DNA of 64,000 nt from Eledone cirrhosa (GCA_964016885.1 OZ024742.1:117180001-117244000); one strand, 5' to 3'; shown: positions 24,951 through 39,239, numbered from the stretch's first letter. The notes: a model not told the origin generated them from the letters alone. Translations and numbers: made by a program.

Positions 24951-26039
24951 CTCATTTGGCATTCTGTTTCTCTGCTAGTCAGTATTGGACATGTTATTTC
25001 TGATTGTTAAGTACTCAAGTGGAACCATTGACATCCAGGTGAATTAAGGGCTTGACATTTGAATCTACACTCTACCAAGTTAATTTTGTCATGGCACCAA
25101 CACTAGAGATGTTCTCATATCCTTGACACAGCTGAAGAGTCCTTCTGACCCATTATTTATGGAAATGTGCGAGTGTGTGTATATGCATATATATATACAT
25201 ATATTATCATCATCACCATTTAATGTCCAATTTTCTATGCTAGCATAATTATACATTAAACTATCACCAAATTGCACAATAATCTGTCACAACATTACTC
25301 AGCAATCTAGCTTCACATTACACAGAAAACTGTCACAACATTACACATATTATGCATAATCCAAGCCACATCATACAGTGATCTGTCACCACATTATACA
25401 GTAAAGGACTGTATACACTCTAATATAAGCCAATCTGAATATAAGTGGACCCATTATTTTATGTCTGAGAAATGGGCAAAAATCCAAACTCTGAGTATAA
25501 ATCAATGTGGTTAATAAATGCATTATGTTTAGATTGCACAGCTTTGAAATTCTTATGAGTGGAGAATATATCTATGAAGTTTTAATATGTTGATATTTAA
25601 GTACAAGTTAAATAAAATGAGGCTTAAATACTCTGCATTGTTATACAATGATCGTTTACTTTAACAATTCTGAATGTATAAAATATAAATGTTACAAAAC
25701 TCCATATTTTAATATATTTCCATTAAAACATGACCCCTTTGACTGTCTTGAGAGTGTCAAAAACTTAGATCTTATTTCCTTCAAATTGAATGTAAAACTC
25801 AGCTATTTGGGCACCATATTCAATTATTGATCAGAGATATTTTACTGTGTGTCTAGCAAACAAATGTGCTTCCAATTAATTATCTGTATTAGTTGAAAAT
25901 TGAAATTATTTTCCATCTTTCAAGAAATCAACACTTTAAGCATAAACCCATTATGTTAATTTTACTTACTTTATGTTATGACATTGACTTTCTATTTTAA
26001 TTTTGTCCATCTTACCATAATATATTAAAGGGAATGAAT

Positions 26040-28245
26040 GTATGTATGTATGTTCTTCTGGTTTTATAATTTTATAAAATGTTTACCAAGAGAGACTTGA
26101 TTTCTAACATAGACACAAAACTCTTTCATGGAGTTTAAACATCAACTAGGTAGATATGTATGTAATTTCTGCATGCATGTGTGTGCAGGTATAGATGTTA
26201 TTGTATGTGTGGATGTGGAAGTTTTGAGTTATATGTGTGCATATGTTTTGTATATGTACATGTGTACATGCAACCAACTATTACATACAGAATTTTTGGA
26301 ATGTTTTACATATTTTACTGTTCCATTAATGGATTATACTTGAAATTTCCTAACTAGACATGTTCTTTCTACTTCTGTGAAGCCCAGCTTTTCAAGATTT
26401 GTACTGAGGCAGTTACTAACATATCCCAGTGCCCCAATAATCACAGGTATATGTATTGATGTATGTATGTTCTTCTGGCTTTCTTTTTTTAACTTTTCAC
26501 AAATAGACAGCTGGTTTCTTATCCAGAAATAAAGCTTTTTTATTGGTATTTAGAAACCCCTGGCATATCTAAGACGTCAGTAGCTTTGTTTGAATACTGA
26601 CTCAGCTGGTGATAAACTGCCCAAACCTTGCTAACAGGGAAAATGGACATTAAATTATAATGATAATGATGAATGACAACATCAACTAGGTAAATATCTA
26701 TAACTGCCTACATGTGAGTATATGTGCAGCTATGGATATTAATGCATGTGTGGATCTACATGATTTAAATGATATACATACACATATGTTTCTATATCTC
26801 CACATGCAGTTATTTCATGCTAAAAATTTGGAATGCTTTACGTATTTTTACAGTTCCATTAATGGACTGTACTTGCACCTTCCTAACTAACCATGCTTTA
26901 TCTAGTTTTGGGATAGCCAGTGTCTCAAGATTTGTGTTGAGGCAGTTAGTAACATATCCATGTAGCCCAATGATCACAGGTAGAAATCTAAAGGTATAGT
27001 CAGTGTGGAGTATCTGTTAGTTCTTCGTTATATCAACATGAATGTTCTCCTTTTCTCTAATCATGCTTCAATTGGAGATAATACTAGGATGACATTCTCG
27101 AACAGCTGTTTAACCCTTTAATGTTCAAACCGGCCAAAACCGGCCAGAATTCTCTACCTCTTTCTGTTGAAACTGGCTGTAACTGGTCGCTCAAACTGAT
27201 GTTAAGGTATTGTTCTCAAAATAAATACTTTCAAAATCTCATAGATTCGATATTATGTGAGATAATTATGTGAGGTAAAGCCTTTACCATGAAAATATAA
27301 TAGTATATATAAAATAATGTGAATGCTAAAGGGTTAAGATGTGAGTGACACTTTTTTTATATTTCACAGTCTGCATCTGTTGTCACATCTCTGTGTTTTA
27401 CCTGCATTTTTATCCCTTTTGTGCATTAGGTATTTTGTTGGTATTTCCTGTTTCTGGATAGCAAAAGCATATCCTTCAAAGTCAGAGCCCATATTACAGT
27501 TTTTTTTATCAAAGACAGACTACTTTGCTTATCAATATTACTTCGAAGTTTTCTGACACCATAGTCATGTTTGATATTCTGCTGATTTATTGCAGCTGTG
27601 CTGTGAAGCTTCCTTAGGTGTGTAGTTTTGGCCATCATTTAGGGAGTACTTCTTGAGAAGCTCCTTCCTAAATCTCATGATGTTATCTGTCTCGTTTAGA
27701 CAGATTCCTTCTATGGGTGGGCTTCTAGGCTTGGTGGTTAGTAGGTGTTGTTGAAGTGATATAATATAACATTCAAAAGCTTTTTTAATCAATGTTACTC
27801 TTCTGCCTCCCTCTTTCTTTATGCTGATGTGGAAATTTCTGCTGATGGCTGGATTGGATTGGATCTCTTATAGCATCCACACAAGTAGTCCAAATGTTGG
27901 TATGAAAACAAGTACAGCAAACACATCGTGAGCCATTTATTTATTGTATGCAGAGAGTTCTGATAATCATAGTTTCCTTTTCTAGGTGTTTTGTTTCCAA
28001 GTTAATTGTTCTTTGTTACAAATTTCCTCATAAGATATATTTTCTTCAAATGTATGTGTGTATGTTACTTACACAAAGTACCATCGTTAAAATTTAGGTA
28101 ACAAAAGTCTTGGATATTTTTTCTGTTCTGGTTATAGACTGAATTAATAAAGTGTGTGTTAACTGGTTAATTTCTGTCTGAAGAGCCCAACTTTTGTAGA
28201 TTGTCATTTAGGTATTTGCTAACATAGCCCTAATAAGTATTGGCT
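26040..28245 (-). mobile_element. Three stacked 5'-truncated copies of a second RLE (R4/Dong-like) LINE family with (TACA)n tails
   Basis: Minus-strand translation gives FEGYAFAIQKQEIPTKY, CRL..HILNSC..KHD and a repeated C-terminus (PVIIG..GYVTNCLNTNLE..QVQSINGTVKI). (ATGT)n runs at ~26040, ~26455 and ~28050 mark the junctions. Confidence 0.75.
27114..27333. mobile_element. piggyBac-type MITE
   Basis: TTAA TSD at 27110-27113 and 27334-27337; TIRs CCCTTTAATGTTC / GAATGCTAAAGGG. Interrupts the zinc-knuckle region of the RLE LINE. Confidence 0.85.
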
Positions 28246-28777
28246 GAATTGATGTGATCATATTTATTATACATAATAATAAACTATAGATGATGGATGA
28301 GAGATGCTCTTGAGAGTACGACTGAGGTACCACACAAACTGAGGTGTTGTCTGTCCCTCCCTACTGTCCCTTTCTTTCCTTGCTTGATCTTTTAATATGT
28401 TTAATTGGTTGTCATTCATGATATCTTATTAATGACAATAAAGGGAGGAGTGCAAGACAGTGTCTGTTTTATATTTTTTTATCCTGTTAGTAAAATAAGT
28501 TGGATTACTTTGAATAAATAATGTTATCAATTACTTTGAATATATAATATTATATAATTTATCAACTAAATTTTATAATACATGATAAAACATAAATAAT
28601 TTAATGTATTGCTTATTTCAAGATTCACTTCTTTTAAAAGTTTCGAATTTCAACTTCTGGTATATCGCCACCCCTACCACTTCAGCTACCATAGACAGAG
28701 GGAGAAAGAAAGAGAGTGTCTGAAGATAGAGATATAGACAGAATGACTATGTGACAGATAAATATATATAAATAGAT

Positions 28778-28820
<43 letters not shown>

Positions 28821-29069
28821 TGAAGAGATTAGGATTTTTTTCAACACCCTGACGCATATGTCTGTGTGTGTGTATGTGCATATACATACATTTATATGAA
28901 TGAGTATATAACTATAATCGCTCAAACACACACACTTTTAAAAATACACACTCACAGACATACATTCACACAAATACACATACTTTCACACACACATAAT
29001 ACATTCACACAAACACACACACATACATTTACACAAATACATACATACAGATCGATGGTATTTAAGGAT

Positions 29070-29290
29070 TTTATTCTGTTTGGCTGCGGATGCAGTAGCT
29101 CTCGCCCTTACCGCTGGGGATGGGGTAAGAAGGAAATGAGTCACTGACTGTGACATACCAGATAAGGCACTTGCCTCTTGACCAAGGGCACAGGGTAAGA
29201 TCGTTAGGTCTTTTCCCATCAATTCTGGACAACACAGACGGTTCCAAAATTGAGAGGATGTTTGCCCAGGCCAAAGCTCTTAAGTGGTAA
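29070..29290 (-). mobile_element. CRE-like RLE endonuclease fragment
   Basis: LEPSVLSRIDGKRPNDLTLCPWSRGKCLIWYVTVSDS resembles the DGKRPDGxTxxPWxxGxxLxWDxT motif of CRE-type RLE elements; flanked by CA/TG-rich repeats. Confidence 0.7.
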
Positions 29291-29387
29291 TAGGACAGTG
29301 TGTGTATGTGTGCACGAGTTTGTTGGCATTCTTAAATTAAAGATGTGTATGTCATTAACCCATGCTAATATGGAAGATAGACATTAA

Positions 29388-29423
<36 letters not shown>

Positions 29424-29589
29424 TGTGTGTGTGTGTGTGTGTGTGTCATATATATATATATATATATATGTGTGTGTCACTGTTTTTAAGTTAGACATGT
29501 GAGTATCCCCTTCCTTCATTTTATACACACATACATTCACACAAACGCACAGACACACATATTGTGTGATGGACGGATAGACAGAAGTC

Positions 29590-30247
29590 ACTCAAATTAT
29601 ATACATGTGAATGGAGCTCCCATGAAGCAGGTAGTGAAGGTCAAGTATCTTGAGGCCGTATTCATGATTGATGGAAAGCAGGAGGCTGAATTAAGTGCAA
29701 GTATTGCAAAAGCTAATGCAGGAATGTGCCAGCTTCAGCATTCAGTAATCAAAAGTAGGGGTAATAGCCAAACTTGCTGTCTTCCTGGTATTCCTTCAAA
29801 AACTCACCTAGTGTCATGAATCTTGGGTAATGACTGAAAGAATATGATTGCAAAAATAGGCCAAAATGAGGTTCCTCCAAAGTGTCTTTGGAGTAACTTT
29901 AGTCAATAAAGTGCATAGCTTGGAGATCAGAGAATCACTCCAGGTAGAGCCGCTACTTCTCTGAATTGAGAGATCACAGCTCCGATACTATGAGCATGTA
30001 GTTAGAATGTCTCAGGAAAGAATTGCTGGACAGATTTTACAGGCAAAACCAACCAGCAAGGGACCTAGAGGTAGACCCTGAGCAAAATAGTTGGATAACA
30101 TCCATGAGCTTGTTTGGTCATGCTTTAGGATCCAGCTGGATCAGTTAGAGATGTTTGCTTCGGACTGAGTAACTGGAAAGGGTGTTTGAGGAGGAGTCTG
30201 CTCCCACAACCTTCTCAGAAATAAGTGGGTGTGGGTAAAGAAGAAGA
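29590..30247 (+). mobile_element. RTE-clade LINE 3' fragment (distinct family)
   Basis: VNGAPMKQVVKVKYL..ELSASIAKANA, followed by degenerate RSQLRY.HVVRM and GPRGRP motifs; short (AAG)n end. Confidence 0.75.
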
Positions 30248-30642
30248 TATTGTCAATTTACTTTTCAATTTACATATCATATCTATATGCATATATATTT
30301 GCGTATAATACCAATATGCACATTACATATGCCAGCAGAAAACCGCCCAAGGGCGGTTCTTCTGCTAGTCTTATTAATGACATTGTATGTAACATCCTTT
30401 CCACAGATTTTAATGAATGTCACATGACACTGAACATATTGTGGGAATTATAGAAAGATACCATTATCATTATTATGCCTTTCATCCTTACGGGGTCGAT
30501 AAAATAAAGTACCAGTAATGTACTGGGTAATTGCTGGCCTTGTGCCAAAAAGTAGAATCAATTATTATATTAATCATAAGATAATAAATTTAGTAAGATA
30601 TTATTAAATATTACATCACTTTAAATATTATATCGCTTTATA

Positions 30643-30827
30643 GGGCGGTGGATTGGCAGTATCGGTGGAGGGTCGGATGCCATGCTTTCCAGCATAGTTA
30701 CGTCCCTTTACGATCTGAGTTCAAATCCCGCCGAGGTTGACTTTGCCTTTCATCCTTACGGGGTCGATAAAATAAAGTACCAGTAATGCACTGGGTAATT
30801 GCTGGCCTTGTGCCTAAAGTAGAAACA
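30643..30827 (+). mobile_element. SINE family A, full length, 16-bp TSD
   Basis: ATTATATC(G/A)CTTTATA at 30627-30642 and 30828-30843. A 5'-truncated copy lies at ~30476-30565. Confidence 0.92.
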
Positions 30828-30898
30828 ATTATATCACTTTATAAGATAACATCATATGGTGACATCTTTAGTAAGACATCATGTGAAATATTTATCAG

Positions 30899-31003
30899 AT
30901 GATAATATTTCTTTTTAGGACATCATTCATATGATAATATTTCTTATTAGGATATCATTCATATGATAATATCTCTTAGTAAGATATCATTCATATGATA
31001 ATA
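30899..31003. repeat. ~32-bp minisatellite, ~3 copies
   Basis: Unit ATCATTCATATGATAATATTTCTTATTAGGAT repeated with variation. Confidence 0.8.
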
Positions 31004-31284
31004 TATTATATTAACATAATATCATATGATATATCGGTAAAACCCAAGGTAAATCAACAGTTATAAGCAAGCACAGCACATTCATGCAGTCTCTCAACAT
31101 GCTAGAAATAATCACATCATGACATCTTAGAAAAGAACATGTTGGATAATATGGTTTTAGGTTCATAGGAATGCCTTTCATAATCAATATGATTGATCAG
31201 TCTGATCTATAAAGTGCTGAGAACATCTAATATTTTTCTCTTTTCTTGTATTTTTTAACATTTTTATTATTTATTGGTTAATAA

Positions 31285-31707
31285 TGGTTTCTGCTTTAGG
31301 CACAAGGCCAACAATTTTTGGGAGGGAGGGGAAATTCCATTAAATCAACCCCAGTGCATTATTGGTGCTTTATTTTATCAACCCCGTAATGATGAAAAGT
31401 AAAGCTAACCTTGGCAGGATTTGAACTCACAATGTAAAGGAAGGCAACTTTATGCCACAAAGCATGCTGTTCAATGTTCCACCAATACTGCCAATCTACT
31501 GCCCTTTATTTATTAATAATTGTTTCTACTTTTTGGCACAAGGCCAGCAATTACCCAGTGCATTACAGGTACTTTATTTTATCGACCCCGTAAGGATGAA
31601 AGGCAAAGTTAACCTCGGCGGGATTTGAACTCAGAATAGCAAGGGCCGTAACTCTATGCGTCAAAGCATGGCGTCCGACCCTCTACCGATACTGCCAATC
31701 CACCGCC
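31285..31707 (-). mobile_element. Two tandem SINE family A copies; the younger (31521-31707) has a 16-bp TSD
   Basis: TSD TTTATTTATTAATAAT at 31505-31520 and 31708-31723. Confidence 0.9.
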
Positions 31708-32678
31708 TTTATTTATTAATAATACTTTTTATTTTCAATTTCTGATATTTTTTTCAATTTGAGATATTAACACATTGAATTCAAATCATTTTATAAGACA
31801 AATTTATTTTCTTTCCATTAAATATAAATCTGACAGGTTATTTTAACTTAAAATTATAATTGACCAACAAAGCTATTCCATAAAACAAAAAAATAACTAA
31901 TAGCTGTGTTATTAAAGAATTGCTTCACAACCATATGGTACTTTGACTGAGTGTCTTCCACTACAACCTTCTTCTTCTAACCATCTTGCTCGGTGTTTAC
32001 CCCTGGGTCTTCTGTCATTTGGTTGTAAAATCCACTCATCCTATTTTCAAAGAAACATTAGATAATGCTCTGTTCAGTATTGAAATAACATTTCTTTAAA
32101 AATATATAAACAAAAATTATATTTGTAAGTAGCTTCTTCATCTGTTGATTTAAATAATATTTGCTGATCCTAAAATTCTAGATTAGGTTTGAATTGGTGT
32201 TTTATGTACTAAAATAAACCACTATGTGGCAACATGGGCAAATAACTTTACCATATCCTTGGGTTGACTCAAGCAATATGAGTGAAATTGGGTAGACAGA
32301 AACTTTATAGAAGCTAATCGGATGGATTGTACTTGTTTTAAAATAATATTTATAATCCTTGGATTGCTCTACTCTATTTTCAAAGGAACATTAGAAAATG
32401 TTGAGTCTAGTATTGAAATGACATTTCTTTAAATCATTTAACTCTACTTTCAGAGACAGTGAATGGATAATGGTATAACCATACACATATAACAATAAAA
32501 TAGCAAACTTTTCTTGTTGAGATTTTCCTCTTTTGTTGATTTGCTTCAAATTAACCAAATATGCTGTATGACAGACTCTTTTCAACAAATATTTAAACTC
32601 TCTGAAATAAAAAAAATGTATGCAAGGTAAAAGATTTATTCAGATTATTAGATTTCTCTGAATGTCTCAACTGTTGGA

Positions 32679-32712
<34 letters not shown>

Positions 32713-33140
32713 GTTCTTTGGAAAGTTTGTTGAAATGAATATCAAGCCACTACCTGCAGCCTCAGATATTCAGGACGTATCGGAGGGTTCTTGCCGTTCC
32801 CAGCAAGCATGCCTTTTGAAGTGTTCCAAAAAGCGGGGCGGGGCCAATTTTCTTTAAGCATCCCTGGAAACTTTTTGAGATAGTACCTAGTGCGCCTATG
32901 ACAATCGGGACCACTTTGACTTCATGGCAGTTCCAAATCCTTTTTACCTCCCACTTTAAGTCCTGGTATCAGTTAATTTTCTCCCTCACCTTCTCTTGCA
33001 CTCTCGTGTCGAATGGGCAGGCCACATCCACAATCAGGCACAATCTTTTTTCCTTGTCGAAAACCACCAGGTCAGGTCTATTGTGTTCCAGTTTCTTGTC
33101 CGTCTGTATCCTAAAATCCCATAGCACCTTCACCTGATCG

Positions 33141-33143
<3 letters not shown>
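32713..33143 (-). mobile_element. R4/Dong-like 3' fragment (same family as 7300-8903), (ATT)n on both sides
   Basis: Near-identical to 7300-7760. Confidence 0.93.
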
Positions 33144-33193
<50 letters not shown>

Positions 33194-33194
<1 letters not shown>

Positions 33195-33477
33195 GGGCGG
33201 TGGATTGGCAGTATCGGTAGAGGGTCGGACGCCATGCTTTCCAACATAGTTACGTCCCTTTACGATCTGAGTTCAAATCCCGCCGAGGTTGACTTTGCCT
33301 TTCATCCTTATGGGGTCGATAAAATAAAGTACCAGTAATGCACTGGGTAATTGCTGGCCTTGTGCTTAAAGTAGAAACAATTATTATTATTATTATTAGT
33401 TGAATAGCAGAATTTGTAGAAATTGGACAACATGCTTTGTGACATTTGTGCCTAAAGTAGAAACAATAATAATAATA

Positions 33478-33534
<57 letters not shown>

Positions 33535-33845
33535 CCCGCCGAGGTTAACTTTGCCTTTCATCCTTATAGGGTCGATAAAATAAAGTACCAGTAATGTACT
33601 GGATAATTGCTGGCCTTGTGCTTAAAGTAGAAACAATTATTATTATTATTATTAGTTGAATAGCAGAATTTGTAGAAATTGGACAACATGCTTTGTGACA
33701 TATAGTTACAGCCCTTTAAATTCTGAGTTCAAATCCCATGGAGGTTAGCTTTGCCTTTCATCCTTATGAGGTTGATAAAATAAAGTACTAGTCACACACT
33801 GGGGTCGATTTAATCGACTTTCCCCTCCCCCAGAATTGCTGGCCT
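33194..33845 (+). mobile_element. Cluster of SINE family A copies with a local ~170-bp duplication
   Basis: ~33277-33444 is repeated at ~33532-33701. Confidence 0.85.
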
Positions 33846-33879
33846 TTATTATTATCATTACTATTATTATTATCATTAC

Positions 33880-35135
33880 TGTTGGTTTGCAAAAGGACTT
33901 CAGACAAATGGAAGTTTCCTGGGTATTTGTAATATCAATAATCTAGTATTCACAGCTATTTCTTAGCACAATTACAATATTAGGTCTGTTGTTTTCAAAT
34001 CTGTGGTCAGTTAGGATAGTGATTTCCCATAGTCTCTTAGATTTGTGTCAGCCATCAAGCATACTTTCTGGGATATGCTGGAATCACTTATCAGACTCAT
34101 GATACCCATATTTATTGCACATTCACCAATGAATTTACATACCGTATTTTCTGGCGTCAAAAACGCTACTTTTTCCCTAAAATAAGTCTCAAAAATCTAT
34201 CATGCGTCCTGGAGGCCAAAGGTTGTTTATTATTTTTGGTTGTCAAAATTAGGGTGTGTCCTTGAGGATGAAGTGCCTTCAGTGCCGGGAAATACGGTAC
34301 ATATAGAAATTGTCATGTGTTTTTTAATACTCATTTTGAACTAGTATTTTGAACGTATTCATTATGTCACTGAAACTTTCTGTATTAATTTCATATGGAT
34401 GGCACCTCACACTTTCACTGCCTTAATTCTCAAAATTTGGTCTTGCACTGAGATCAGCAGTGCTTCAGTTTCCCGTTTTATGTCACTGTTGGTTAGCCAA
34501 TAACCAAACCTTTCAGTCTTTAATTTAGATGTTTGTAGTTCAAATTAAGCATGCAAGGGTATTTCTAAATATACTTCCATTTATTCCACAGACACTTATC
34601 TCTTAAATACTTCTTTACTTTCCATCTTTCCTTCTAGTCATATTACTGCTAAGGCATACTATAGAAGTCTTTTGTTACTATTTATCAGGAGGTAATTTAT
34701 GGCCTGCCTTTCATTCTCTCCATATTCTGTAACACTTATCAGGCCACTTCTACCAAATGGGCATTTCAAGTATGGTTGATTTACACATTTTCTGGAATGT
34801 AATATGTACATGGTCATGATATTTCTGGTTCTATAGTCCATCACATCAATCTCAGCCTTAGTTTGAGGATCCCAACACTGTATCGTATCATAGATACAGC
34901 TCAGGTGCTTACAGCAAGAATCAAGTTTGAACTTGAGAAGTTTAAGCCTGTGTAATGTTGTTTTTACATTGTCTTTCATTGGTCTATACAATATCTCACC
35001 AATCTCTAAGATTCCTAGATACCTGTCATCACTTGGATCACTCATTCAGTTACCAAATAGTAATTTGATGCCAGTTACATTGGACCTTTTCCTCATTTTC
35101 ATATTGACAGCTACACATTTGAGCTATTTGTAATG
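33880..35135 (-). mobile_element. Old R4/Dong-like RLE LINE fragment
   Basis: RYLGILEI, GRSGLISV, ETEALLISVQDQ-like segment, HD..HW..KYG and degenerate RPD motifs. Confidence 0.75.
34142..34297. mobile_element. pogo/Tc1-mariner-type MITE nested in the Dong-like LINE
   Basis: TA TSD at 34140-34141 and 34298-34299; TIRs CCGTATTTTCTGGC / GCCGGGAAATACGG. Confidence 0.85.
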
Positions 35136-36088
35136 ACTGTAGTTGTGCTTCAAACTTCCCCAACATTTTCAAATAAAGAACGAATGGTATAAATAAACAT
35201 CTTTCCCCAACTTATACCCAATCCCCACCTACCTCAGTATTAATGATATTGGTATAAGAGCAATGACAAAGTTTGAATTGATTTACTACAAATATAGCAC
35301 TCCATAACTGTCTTTTTGAGCTTTCTCTAGTCATTTCTTCCACTTATTCATTATACAAGGTATTATACCTGGCAGGTACCCATTGTACAGTATGTTGGAA
35401 AAATGCATACTATTCCACCTAAACTGAATAGAAAAATTAATAATTATTACTATTATCATCACTCTTATTTCTTCTTCTTCATTGTCATCATTGTCATCAT
35501 GGTGTAGCTTCCCACCACAGAATCACAATACCATTACATACTGCTGTATGTGTTAGGTTGCCATTACTTTCTTTATTTCCACAGGTCCAACACTTTAGCA
35601 ATTTCACTAATCCACTGTCCCTCAACAACTACTTTATTTATCAACCCCAACAGGATGAAAGATAAAGTTGACCTCAGAGCACAAAGTGCCAGAACAAAAT
35701 CTCCAAAGCATTTAATCTGACACTAACAACACTGACAGCTCACCTGTAATGTTTATAGGAATTTAATAAATTGAATTTAGCAGCTGTTTAGTATCCTGGG
35801 ATTTGTGCACTTATTCAAAAGTCTACTGAAATTAGTCTGGGTGTTTGTAGAACATACGAATTTGATCAATACTTGATTATATTCAGTTACTTTGACTATA
35901 AGTTGATATAAATAGCCATGATCTGATTTGCTTACTAAGTAACTTGTGTGTTAAAAAGATCATAGGGTCTGCAGCCTTGAAAACTTTCAGAATTTGAAAT
36001 ATGTATTACTGTATATAATTGTATGTAAGCCACATCTTATTTGTGTTTATACTTTTACTTCTGCCAGCAACCCATGCATAAGAACAAC

Positions 36089-36443
36089 GTTTGTTAGATA
36101 AAAAAAAGAATACACATGCAGTTTTTACATTCATTTATGGATAAAGAAAACCTGTGACTTACATAGAAGTATATACATCATATATTTTGTCTTTCTTATG
36201 GGATTCTTTTGTAATGTTTATCATTTACAGAAATTAATCCCAATGATAGATAGATCTCTTGTGAACTGAGCAAATGCAAGGTTTAGTAGATAAATCACAT
36301 GCAAGTTTTCACACCCATTTATTAGTGAAGAAAACCTGTGACTTATCTGTGTATATACATTATATATTTTCTTTTTCTTAGGGCCCTCTTTTGTAACATT
36401 TATCATTTACAGAAATTATACCCAGTGATAGATAGATTTCTTG
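36089..36443. repeat. Diverged tandem duplication (~180-bp unit, 2 copies)
   Basis: AGAAAACCTGTGACTTA..TTTATCATTTACAGAAATTA..GATAGATAGAT occurs at ~36146-36261 and ~36329-36443. Confidence 0.85.
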
Positions 36444-37192
36444 GAGCTCTTTACCCTATTCTCTCCCTCTGTTTTCTGCTAGGCTGTTGGGGTTATTTTA
36501 CACTCTTTCTTTTCATGTTCAATTGTGTAGCTGGATACACAATGTTTCTGTCCACCCATGTAAGTTCTATCTTTCCAATAACATTGTACCTTTTATGTTG
36601 CCTGAATGTGTTCCCTAAGTCTAATGACTAGCTGTTTGATGAAAGTATCACAGCCCTTATGCCTGTCACCATTCTATTTCTAGATATTTATTAACATTTC
36701 TTCTGCACATCATCTGTTTTTTCTCTCTACTTGTCTCTCCCCTTATTTTTCTGTTCTCTGTTAGGTTTCTCTGTGTTTTAACAGTTTTTTCTACATGATA
36801 TCTGGCCTGCTTGTTATGTCACTTACATCACCACTTTACAGTGTGGGCTGGGTACTTTTTGTTGTGATATCAACACAACCACTTTAGAGTGGGGACTGGA
36901 ACAGGGGTGTAAAGGCATGGGAGTTGGGTGGTGTGATCAGATGTGGGTGGGGTGTTAGGGCATGGGAGGTATATGGAAGGATATATAAACTGAGATCAGT
37001 TTGACAATTGCCACCAGCGAAAGTTCTCCAGGAAAGTTAAACAGAAATCTTTATAAATCTCCCCACTGAAGTTAACAAAGAACTTACTAGATCTAAAAAA
37101 CCAAATTGTAAAATTATAATATTATAAAAATAAATTAAATTGTTTAGAACTACAAGTGAAGTCATTCTTTTTCTATATATATATATATATAT

Positions 37193-37668
37193 TACACCTC
37201 TCCAAGACAATGTCACTGGACCGAGACCTTTGGCGGTACTCAGTAACAGAGAAGACCCGCCTTACCTAAATATATAGTAAAACCTACTCCAGCCAGTAGG
37301 CATCTCTAACAAAATACACCCCGTCCCACCACCCCCACCCCCACCCCATCCACACCACCCCGTTCTATGTAAAGTTATGTTGGTGCCGCGCCATCCAGGC
37401 CGAAACAAATGAGATCGTGTAGGTGTCACGACAAAAAAACACACAGTCCACGCTGTAATGTGGCCGTGTAGGCAACACGGTAAAAACCTCCCAGACCCAC
37501 ACTGTAAATGTGGTTGGTGTTAGGAAGGGCATCCAACTGTAGAAAACCTGCCAGACAGTCCTATGCGAGCAAGACAATCACTCTTGCCTCAAGTGGGACT
37601 ACCCCCGTCCAAACCCATGCAAGCGTGGAACACGGACGTTAAACGTTGATGATGATGATGATGATGAT
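37193..37668 (+). mobile_element. RTE 3' fragment (same family as 59986-62620), next to (TA)n
   Basis: Matches ~62158-62620; (GAT)n tail. Confidence 0.9.
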
Positions 37669-39239
37669 ATATGAGAGAGAGAGGGGGAGGGAGATACAAC
37701 ATTTAACTTTAGACCAGTGTTTTTTACAACCATTTTAAAGCCATCTTCCCTGCTGAGGCAGGGGTTATATTTGTGGGCCCATTAACAAATTGTATCAAGC
37801 ACGAGGCCATAATAAATGGTCTGAACTTCTCCCTTGTTTCAACTAAGTTTCTTTCCTTGTTAATATACTGAAACTAGGGACCTTTTCAAGGCATTGTTTT
37901 ATGGCTAGATGCCCTTCCTGGTTCTTGTTATTTTAGTTGGCTCTTACAATTTGTGGAGATATGGTGTACTTTATCTAAACTGGACACATGTTTATTAAAA
38001 AGCTATAATGTATTTTTTTTAAATACTCCCACAACACACACAAACACATTTGTTTTTAACATTGCTCTTCTGTTGGGTGAATGCCCCATGTTCAGAATCA
38101 TATTTTAGATAATGAGGAGCCAATATGTGATTGCTTGATTAACTAGAAATATTAACAAAATCACCCTCAATTTATACATAACATTCTGCCATCATAAAAA
38201 ATGGACAGTCACATTGGATAATTTAATTCTAAACACTTTTGAGAAGAAACGATGAAGATAGGTCTGCTCTATTACTGATTAGTTAGAGAAAGAGATTCAA
38301 TGCCTATGATCCTTTTCATTGTCTCCATGACTGGGAGCGAGAGAGGAAGGGATCACCAAACCATATTGGCAGACCTTGAATGTTTGCAACAATGAACTTC
38401 ACTAAAATCACCCAAAGACAAAATAGTAGTGTTAAACCAGTTAAGAGATTAAGTCTACCACCCAAACTTTGTGTAAAGATTTGTCATAAGTAATATACAA
38501 TCTAATATTTTAGACCTTATTCTTTGATAAAAAAGAAAGAAGTGTTGTAATTTGATATTTCAGAATTTAATAGCTTGAAACAGTACAATTTGCACTCCTC
38601 ATAGCACTTTAAGATACTGAACTCTCTTGTGAAAGACAATTAATAAATTGAATAAGATATTTGATTAATATTGAGAAAACATTTTGAAAAGTATTCTGAA
38701 TTGCCAAATGGAAAATTTATGAATGAGCCTCCATAGAATTCTTCCTTTCAGCTATTAAAAAAAGATACAAAACAATTAAAGTAAACAAAATTTGTTATTC
38801 AAGTGTCTTTAAATGAATGCACTCCACTTCGCAAGAGGCCTATTAACTTCTGTAAATGAAAACATAGCACAGCTGTAGCATTTCAAATGTTAGCAAACAA
38901 CCCATAAGTTCAGTATGCTTCTGTTTACAACCATATTACACATATCACCATGTTTTTAATTATGGCCTTCAGCTGTCAAAACAACCCCTCCAATAAAACC
39001 ATTATATTTATTCTGACATCTATAATGTAAAAATTCAGACATTTTTTTAAAAGATAGAAATTGTGAAAGCAGAAGAAATTACAGTAACTAATTCAGAGTA
39101 GCTGTAATTTATTAAGATTAATTAAAGAGAGGTAATGCAAATATTTCCTTTTCGATAATTTTATTTTAATTGGGGTAAAAGGTACAGCTGAATTCATCGC
39201 TATCATTTTTACAATTGCTTTCCCGTGAGTGTATTGGTT

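Noticed and set aside
25408-25500. pogo-like transposon end (ACTGTATACACTCTAATATAAGCC)
   Set aside because: Only one degenerate end was seen, with no matching TIR or TSD.
36225-36445. Duplicated acceptor-like TTTATCATTTACAG as mutually exclusive exons
   Set aside because: The first copy has stops in all frames, and neither copy has a convincing donor.
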